Part shown: positions 54,526-64,000 of the stretch, in pieces
Numbering within the stretch: the first letter of the stretch is position 1
Layout: every line of letters begins with the position of its first letter
Assembly (NCBI RefSeq): GCF_964204645.1
Contig: NC_134028.1
Coordinates: forward strand, 3,782,001-3,846,000
Source: Tubulanus polymorphus
Lineage: Eukaryota; Animalia; Nemertea
Direction: 5' to 3'
Length of the DNA: 64,000 bases
Translations under genes and position numbers: made by a program
The notes under the pieces: model-generated
Database searches by the model: none
What the model saw: the letters and a program-made list of their open reading frames with translations, nothing else
Told to the model about the DNA's origin: nothing

Positions 54526-57500
54526 GGTTACTAGAAATATCTCGTGAAAACTCGCGGCAAACCGGGACAATCAGGTATCAGTGACAACAGTGCGCGTCAT
54601 AATCGATTGGTGGCCATCTTGTTTCCGATTTCTGGTTTTCAGTCGTTTTTTTTTTTATTTCTTTACTTTTGCCTATAACGAAAAAGTACCAAAATGTCGA
54701 CGTCAGCAAATAGAATGATGGCGAAAATCGATGGCTGCTTTCATGTCACGCAAGCGTGTCAATTAACAAATCGATGGTATTCAGTGAACAGAAATAATTA
54801 ATTAGTTTCGGGCACTCTCGATGCTCAACATTGCCCATCCTTCTATGAATTATAGCCGATAGATTTGTACTGATTTATGCTAGTTTGCTGCAGGAGATAG
54901 AACCAATTGGATGATAGAATTGATGGTTTCTTATAAGAGCTTTCGCATGCTTCATTGATCTATCATCGGCCCTGATTATAGATTTAATCAAACGGGTATC
55001 TTGAAGCTCCCACGCGTTAATTTCATGAAGAATTTAATGATGTCCTCGCATGAAGGAGTGGAGACGAAAATGCGCGAACTTTCCGACTCATTTCAGCTGA
55101 GATTGACACCCGTTAGTGTGGGCATTATTTTTCAAAAAAAATGATCGATTCGAAGTATATATTGATATTACATATTATATGTTCAGAATCTTCGTACCCG
55201 ATTCCTCAAACCATATTCTAAAATAAGACATACGAATTAACACGAATATGGCGGTTACATAATGATTTGCATATTTTGTATAATAATTTGAATTTTATTC
55301 TATTACTTATATTTTATGGACCCTTAAGGGGAGTGACTTCCCGTGTGCAAATACTTTAGTTAGAAAAGTTGCAACGCGTTTTGTAAAGCACCCGAGTTCA
55401 CTGAAAGTAGATTAATAAATGTTTCTATTGATGAGTACTCGGTATGTTACTTAAAGTCGTTTGCTCGTGCTTGTCTCTTTACCTAAAAGCTTTGTGTGTG
55501 GAACAATTAAAACCTAACTTTTGATTGTAATCGTTTCTTCACTTTTTCGAGAGGAAATTGAATAAACATTAAGTGCTTTAGGGGCGTAAAAAAGACTGGA
55601 ATGTAATCCCCGGATGCCGAGATGACCAATTCCTGTACAACGTCAGGTAAATTAATCAATAATTGGGTTCAAAAAGGGTTATTCGTCATCAGACAAAATT
55701 CTGTTTCCAGCCTTGCTATAGAAAACAGACAGCGCTTGCCGGGGTTTAGCGCGTTTTTACACAGTATATGCTATTATACCGGTATGACTAAATTCACAGG
55801 AGACGAATTCTCTAATTATCGACTGTGTTACGCTCGAGAGGAGTGTATTTTATCAATTCTGTATGTCGGCAAGCGTGTAATATTCGGACGGGGTGTTCTC
55901 AATTCTCATCGGACTTAATCAATCAATCCAAGTCATCTCGGAAAAACCATCGGCGACAGGAAAAATACGAGCTTGAAATGTCACTCGCGAGTTGTTTTTA
56001 TTTCGGAACTTCTGATGCTATTTTCATTTCCCGTTTGAGAATAACATACCACTCATTCATATGAATTCATATGGCTGTAAATACACTCAGGGAGGATGTT
56101 TACGAATTTGTGGTAAAACCATGTCTTATAAACTAGAGTATAAACTAGAGTTTATAAGTCCATAGTTTTCTGGTTATTTCTGTGATGGTTTTTATCACAA
56201 AAACTGTATTTACTATACATCATTAAGGTCAAATACTCTTCGATTTTAAAATTAGATATATTTCTATGATTCTTCTCTGGTCAGAAGTGCATTTTTCTAG
56301 TTTAATGTGTTATAACTCGGTTTTTATGTCCGTAGGACACGAGATCAGTGCGAGAAAAGTTGTATGGATTCGTCTTCACTAGATTGAAACGACGAACAGA
56401 GATAACGGTGCTTTGTACCTAAATACGAAAGCAACGGTTAACAGAATAAAACAGCTTTTCCCTGAACTAAAATTGCCGAAAATTCAGTTATCTATAGTTT
56501 AAATCTGATAACCAAAAGGGACCCAGGCAGCGAACTTAAGTCTACGCGTGGAGAGGATTTCGCTTACACGCGTAATAGTGCATCGTCAACTTTAATATAC
56601 ACATTTACTCGAAAATAGATTTTCTAGCTCGGATTCGGGGCGATTGGCGCCGAAATTCAATAACCAAGTTTAGGCAAATCATGTAACGAAATTGCCAAGT
56701 AATTGCTATATTGGTCGGACGAGGAATTGTGAATTGCCTTCATTTGCAGGCCGAATATTACGAAGCGTAATTCCATCTCGATGACGAGATGCCAGGCGAT
56801 GTTATGGGACATTACACCACAGGTTCCATTGATGAGCGCATTTTCTTCGGCTAGCGACGGCAATCAAGGCGTGTTTGATATTCATCATCGGGAAAATAAA
56901 CTCAAATTACTGGCACTGTCGCGGCGGTACACAGCCCCGCTCGGCTGGCCGTAGACGCGCCCTGAGCTATTTCAGATCACGCGTCGATGGATATATCGTT
57001 ATTCCGCCCGAGGAATGATGATTCGCCGCATAAAAAGAATAGCCGTATAAAAAGCGTTCGTATGTTGTATAACACGGCGCTTCAGATACAAAACGTTGGC
57101 GATGGTTGACTATTCATTTCGAAATCCCGGAGAAATGGAAGACATATCGACCCATGGGTCATCTTTCTGTATGGATAACCTTCTCGAATAAGATGTCGGG
57201 AAAAGATTTGCTGCACTGAAAAGAAATTTACCCTTAGTTGTATACTTTTATATCGCTTGTAGAATAAATGTCAGGTAAGTTCTGGCAACCGGGTTGGAAG
57301 TTTAACATCATCGGGCATTTTACGTCAAAGTTGTACTGGTGGGTGTACACCTAATGAAACGCGCAGCGAACACGAATCCATCCGTTTTTTTTCCTATACA
57401 CCCGAAGTAGTCGCACCGCGTTGATGGCAATTCAAGCAGAAGAGACCGCTTTGATAAATACCCCGTTCAAATGGCTGCGAGTGACGACTCATCGTCGTTT

Positions 57501-59294
57501 TAATCTCGTCAAAGAATTGCCGGAACAAACAGAATGATAGTTTTACCATAAACGGCCCGCTTGTGCTTGATTAAAGATACAAGATAGCGCACCGATGCGA
57601 CGATCGGTTCACTCGACACAAAACTGACGGCTCGCGGTTTCTCGCATAAAAAAAAGTCCAGCTGAAAATATTTGTTCACCCGCTTACGATAACTATGCAA
57701 CTTGTTCGATGAAAAATGATCGAAAAGATATAAATTGCCGATTGGAGATGACTCGTTTTGACGACAGCGCAACAACGAAATCTTAGGAGAGGAAAGGCAC
57801 ATGCTATCCTACAGCGTCATACCAAGAGCGCAATTATCTGGGAGGGAGGGGGTACCAACAGTAACAAATCTTAAAAGAACATTTTGATACCCACAAATTA
57901 GCTGTAAAAGCAAGCAGTTTTTATAAATTAGTCGGCGACTTGTGGAAGAACTCTGTGGTGCAATGTATTTAATGAAAAATTAAAACTTAGTCGTGAAGAA
58001 ATCGATAGTGGGTTTTTTCTATGACACGGGCGCCGATACATATCTGAAGGGTTGTCTGAGAACGTATGCTTCAACTGCCAGAGCCGCTTCTGCACTTCAA
58101 ACGTTCAGTTTTTAACGAACGATCTTCCGATATCGTCACGTAATGCTCATTATTTTAATCATATCCCATTATTCCGTCAAGTTGATCGGATAAAACCCGA
58201 AATTGAAGTGGCGCGGAAACGCCATCATTTTCGATAATGACGACTGAACAAACTTCAGTCGACGAGTTGATGCCTTCAAGTGGCCGTTTTTATCTGAGAT
58301 TTTGTACGGGTTTGAAATTGAGATAGATCGACACGCTGTATCGGCGTTAATAGGAGAAATTCTAATTATCTTCGTGTAATCATCAGTTATTGATGATGGT
58401 AATTTCGACGGTTGATTCTCCGCCGTTCTTTGTTTGTTTTATATATTCCGAACTCTTAACTCAAGTTCCCGGCCGCGACACGGTCGACTTTGTTCGTCGA
58501 GGGCATGCGTTCTCATCGCCCATGTCAAACTATCGCTAATTACGTTATGCAAAATCAAGCCGATAATTTGACGAATTCGCCGCGAAAGTTGAGCCAAATG
58601 AAGTCCGTCCTGGTCCCGTTGCGATTAACAATTAGCAAACGAATGCCCTAGCGGCCACGTGATTCAATCAATTACCAATCTAAATATTACCGAACTAACT
58701 CGCTCACTCGCTTGACGAGATGAGGCTGTGGATATATCGATAGATCGCGGTCGATCGTCGCCGATTGGTCTCCCGACGATTTATTCAATGACCCGACGAG
58801 ATTTGACAAATATACGCCGTAACGTCGACAAGGGATTGCTTAATGAATCGGCTCGGCATCGCTGTGATCTACATCGACAGAGTGGAAAGGCCAAACGACC
58901 GGCCGGAAGTTCACGAAGAGAAAATTAGTGCCGGTGCCACCGAAAGGACAACTCCGTTAGTCGATACGGAATGCCCGAAAGGAGGCTGTCAACCATGTCG
59001 TAGAATGAACAAGAGAAAAAACAGCTTTAACGGTGACAGGAAGTTCGCAAAGCGATAATTAACGTTAGTGCTACCGAAAGGTTATCTTACCTACAGTAAG
59101 CCAAGTCCGGTATTAATTGCTTACGTCCCATCCATCCCCCGGTTAGGGAAGCGGTCACCCAGCCATGTGCTGTTCGCGCGTGGTAGTGAAATATCCTGCG
59201 ACTTGCAGTGTACCCGGAAATTGTAAACGACCATCTAACGTTGTTAAGTCTCCAACGCAGTCAGGCTTACGAAATTAAAATGACGTCAGTATAC

Positions 59295-59605
59295 AACTTC
59301 TAAATTGAAGATGAATATCATATTGTTTTGATATGCCCTTTTTGTGCTTGTATCTCAGACTACACAATTTTGAAAGACATTTTCTCATTTAATGCGCGAT
59401 AGTTTCAATAGATCTCTCGGATATTACAAGTTTATACAACCAGACCTACTCTTTAAACAGATAATTATCTATGACAATGTGTAACTTGTAATGAATTCTT
59501 TTCGTGCTACATTGATTTCCGCCATATATGCATGGATTATGAAGTAAATATGTTCGATTTGGTATAAATTTCTATATGTAATTTTCACAATAAACTATCA
59601 TCATT
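59295..59605 (+). mobile_element. Decayed 3' fragment of a non-LTR retrotransposon (LINE)
   Basis: 59304-59345 translates to IEDEYHIVLICPFC, matching the E-D-E-x-H-x4-C-P motif at LINE ORF2 C-termini. Frames beyond it are broken. The fragment ends in CAATAAACTATCATCAT. Confidence 0.5.
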
Positions 59606-62600
59606 TATAGAGGAGGCAAAAGCAACCGATGCAGAAGTCAATTTATATCGCTACGTCGTATGAACCGATCCCGATACGCGCCAAATAGAAAAAAGAAGAA
59701 ACGAATTGTTAATCATTCGATGAACTGGTAAAAACAAACGCCGTGGCGCGGATTCGTTACGAGTGACGCGTTGTTAAATTCGATGAATAAAACATTAAAA
59801 ACGGGGTAGAAAACGCCGTGTTTTGTATAGGCTTACACGTGTTTGAAGAGCTGACACTCCTAAACTCGCGTCCTATGAAAGGCAACTTATCGAGCTGCGA
59901 GGACCGTTCAATCGACAGAAAACCTGCTCATTAGTACCGTAACGCTAAACCCAAGTCGGTCAATATTACCTGTGCATGGTATAAATCATGTATGCTAACG
60001 AGCTACTCCGAAACGTCGGCACTTTGAAAATGAGTGTTTTATATTAGGTTTCGGACTTTTCCGCCATTCAGTTTTTGTTTCGAATTTGAATTCTACAATT
60101 CACTCGACGTGATCGTGGAGAATGTCCGTAATTACGTTCAGAATCGAGGACTTTCTCGATTCCGGTAACTTCGCGCTTTGAAATTGACACGTCGGTGATG
60201 ATCGTAGCCGACACTAGTGGAAACGATAATTAGATAAAATTGGCGAGAAATCTTAATTCTATATCGTTTACTTTTATTCCTATTAATACTGCGCGTTACA
60301 CCGAGTATTTGTCGCGAGTTCAGATTCGATTCATCGAAGACAAACAAAATAACTGAATGTAATTGACAAGAAATACATTTCAAGAAATCTACAGAAATAA
60401 TTGACAAACCTTTATCAGCCATTCGTGTACGAGATTTTAGCAATAATGTTGACTCCCAGCACTTCAGACATAATCGATGCGCTAGTTACAAAATGCGCGC
60501 AGATTTTCTGAAAATATCTGCTTTGATGGCAGCAGCGGCGACGGCGGCGTTCATATTTGGGTATCTCGTCATAATAGTTTCCGATTTCTTGCTATTCTCT
60601 GAAGTAAGGTTAAAAATACACCGCTTTATATCTGATTACAGTTTCATTTCTGAGAATTTTAAATGAAAATGTTCCCGAACTACATCTTTTAAGCGAAATG
60701 ACTTATTTCTTTTTTGTAGATTTTAGTCTGCATTGACTATCAGATACGTTTCACCTTCAGGTCGATTTCCATTGCGATTGATTTAATTTTTGATCCTGTT
60801 ATCAATGAATCATACCACGTCGCCTACACTCCCAGTCCATCATCATGCGCTAAAATCAAACCTATTCGTTACTAACTTCTCTACAAGAAAGCTACGTTTC
60901 TCGGCGACACGCCTGAATTCGAATCTATTTTGATTTATTTCCATAACAGCCACGCTCTTGAAATCAAAGAATTCGAATCGATTTGTGTTATATTGATCTA
61001 ATGAAAAATCTCTCGAGTTTATGCAAATCTATTACTGTAAACGCTATTTATAAAACGAAGAGTTCACCAGATTCAAATCTATATACATTTCATCAATACC
61101 GGCGCTGCATGTTTCGTACAAAATAGTCGTTACATTTGGGTGTGCGCGACATTTCAGGTTTTTTTCAGTATATTTCACCTCGGGCTCCCGATAAATAGTT
61201 GCAATGAACATACATTTTGATGTTAATGCATTCAGTAATTGAATAACGTATGCGTCGTATATACATGCACAATGTAACCGTGAATTCTAACTTCACGTTA
61301 TGTAATGGCGCAATTTTGTTGATACCTAGACCGACAGCGATATCGTCCTTTCTTTGTATTTTCATACTGCGTAAAGGCCTGTATACTTTTTGTTTGAAAA
61401 AAATTCATTTTGTTCCTATCTACGCTCGAATGATGCGGTTTCTAATTTCGATGTCACGTTTATTGGCATGAATATAATAAAAGAAGACACCGCGAATACC
61501 TTGGGAGCGCTAAATGTATGACGACCAAGACACTGTAGGGTTAACTGATACCGACGCGTAACCCGATAAGGCTAAATAAACTGCAGTTTCCGTTTACCAT
61601 TTCGCGCTTGAATCGTAGCTGATTTCAATAAAATCCTCGATTGACTTCGCACTTTATCTGCAAGTTGCCGATTTAATCAAAAAGCTTCTGACGAGTACTG
61701 TCTATTTGTGCCAGTGCTCCGAGACGAACCGACAGTTTACAGTAGTGTAGTTGATGGGACGATAAAATTGATAAGGGATCAGGAATGAGCGGCGGATGGT
61801 AATGTTCGCCTCGTCCCGTGGGACCGAGCCGCGCAGTCGATGCAATTGTCGCATCCAGACGAAGATGAAATCGCCCGTATGGATAGAAGAAGAACAATTG
61901 ACAGAATAAGTTTCTGGTAGTTAATGTATATGTATGTATACGCGTAGGCGACGACGAAATGAAGCTGGTAGATGCGGAGCTTGTTAATGGCTTCGATTAT
62001 TTTCAGCCATTCCCGATTTCGTCTGAGACGTTCCGAGTGCTATTATCCATTCTCTCCGAGGCGCTAGCAATTGGTTTTTGCGGTCATCTTCGCCGAAATC
62101 TTTCCTAAAATACCCTCGCGTCGGATGATGAACGAAGCATCTTTTTATTTCGGCATTTACATTTTCAAATACCCCAGCCCCCCACACTCTAGTTCTGGTG
62201 AAGTTAACGATGATATCTGAGAGTAAATATAACCACTGGTCATCCATCTTCAGTAAGGCAAACAATTTCGAGATTGGTGTCTACTTGTACGTGCGTCTGG
62301 CCAGTAAGTTATGATTGCCAAAACCGAACCACATGACTGATTCATCCGTTCTGGTAAATATATCTACGCATTCGCACTTATCATCTTTCATATGGTTAGT
62401 TTTTAGTATTTTATCTAACGAAATCTATTTTCTCTGTATCAGAAATTATGGATGCAATTAATTTCGTTTTATTGCTATATAGAATTTCAACGTTTCGGGC
62501 ATAAATTACCGACTGTTAGTCAGGTATTTCCGCAGCAAATACTGCAGTTTCGGACGTGATTAATACCGTACGCGCAACTGCGGCGTTAATTAACAAAAAA

Positions 62601-63214
62601 AGGAAAGGCTGCATTTGCCACTCGAGAACAACAAACGAACTCCCGCGCGTTCTGTCGTTATATCATCAGATCGTCATCAATAACGACATAGTTTCGGCGC
62701 TGATTGGAACCACTAGCAGAAGAAGAAGGCGTTAGCGAGAGCTGCTGCTTCGCATTCAAATGCCACGATTATCTGACTGGCGCTTATTAGCGAGAAACTC
62801 TCCATTTCACAAACGAAAGCATTTAATGAGATTGCTGCAAGGTTTCTCAATGCTGTTGGCGGATCAATGTTCCCACTCATCACGTCGATGTCACCGTGAA
62901 TGCAAGATCATCCACTACAATGTGTCTGTGTGTTCGACTAATCCGCCAGAACTGACAACTTAACTAAAGCCCATCAACACAAATTGATACGTATTATTGA
63001 AAGCCTTCTCGTGACGGAAGACACTTTGATTTCAGTAGGATTCTAGCGGATAAACGAAGGAAACTTAGTAATAACCTCACGTACTTTAACCACGAGAGTA
63101 GTATGTCTCGGAAACCCTATTCGTTTTGTGTCTTTCGACTAATTTCATTGTGAAAAGTTTCAATAAAGGGCAGTGTAGAGAGTTAGAGAAATAAATGAAT
63201 ACATTTTTAGCCAC

Positions 63215-63364
63215 CAGGACCCAGTTCCACAGATTTGACGTTGTTAAAACATTGAAAATGAACTAATTTTAACTCAGAATATTAAGTCTAACACACAACT
63301 GTAAAACTGGATCCTGAGTTCTGAGTTAACTCTAACTCACAAACAACTGTGGAACTGGATCCAG
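63215..63364. mobile_element. MITE with CAG target-site duplication (Harbinger-like) and a second internal right end
   Basis: CAG-GACCCAGTTCCACAG ... CTGTGGAACTGGATC-CAG (14/15 TIR match). An extra end-like CAACTGTAAAACTGGATCCTG lies at about 63296-63316. Confidence 0.7.
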
Positions 63365-64000
63365 TATTTGAAGACCTGCTTTAGAAATATCTTACCAACG
63401 AGAGCGACAATTACGTCCTTAATGATAGTTGGATGAATCTACATCATCATCTATATTTGATGTATAGTTTATTGGTGTCCGAGGTCCAATTGATGGTTGA
63501 TTCGAGAGCATGGTCTCGTTCCTTTGCGGAGAAAACTTGTATGCTCAATTCAACGCTAAGTTATCTGGATTTTCTGAAATATTAGGGAACCCTTGGGAAA
63601 TCAATTCGCTTGTCGCTATTGATGTAGTTGATTGAGAACTGGGCTACAAGCTTCGATTGGCTTTGATCATCGTTTTGTTATTATTGAAAACTGGCCAAAT
63701 CCCTGTCAATCGTCTGGTAGTCCTACTGAGTCTGCAACATACATCATTCATTATTTCGTCTGCCTTTTTTTCTAATGCTACGAACGTCAATTCTCTCAAA
63801 GTAAACTAAGACCAAATTCATCATAAGTTTTTCGTCCGTTTGGATGTAAATTTAGACAAGTAATCAATACGATGTTGCATATATCGCTGCATTGGTTCGG
63901 ATCAGTAACTGCAGATAACTAGCAAACCGATAAGAGAAAAAAAACACTGATGAGATTGCGATGACGTTTGCTGTTTGATTTGAGAGTGGAGCTAGGGAGT

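Noticed and set aside
55598-55612. miR-1-like start TGGAATGTAA
   Set aside because: The match stops after 10 nt and no precursor hairpin is evident.
59115-59170. SINE-like words (CTTACGTCCCATCC, GCGGTCACCCA)
   Set aside because: Too short and degenerate to assign without a repeat library.
63588-63600. COE/UNC-3-like site (ACCCTTGGGA) upstream of ChAT
   Set aside because: A single mismatched 10-mer; expected by chance in 64 kb.

Overview
Eukaryotic, intron-rich and AT-rich animal genomic DNA; the gene set and repeat types suggest an invertebrate (inference). I reconstructed four spliced protein-coding genes by hand from GT-AG boundaries with consistent phases. (1) A 5'-truncated CNBD2-like cyclic-nucleotide-binding protein (+, 16 exons, 2..9010). 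(2) A RASD-family small GTPase, Rhes/Dexras1-like (-, 12259..24512), with a probable non-coding first exon and TATA promoter near 31.1-31.5 kb. (3) A divergent SLC46/PCFT-like MFS transporter (+, 37024..38905). (4) Choline acetyltransferase (-, 14 coding exons, 41663..54525); its upstream intron region up to the window end shows no VAChT ORF. Non-coding DNA holds MITE-like elements, a LINE 3' relic, microsatellites and a dispersed family of minimal hammerhead-ribozyme motifs of the Penelope-like-element type, one apparently intact. The most notable items are the hammerhead family, the loss of key PCFT charged residues in the SLC46 paralogue next to ChAT, and the hybrid VDT specificity motif of the ChAT. 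Most short ORFs in the supplied track are spurious.
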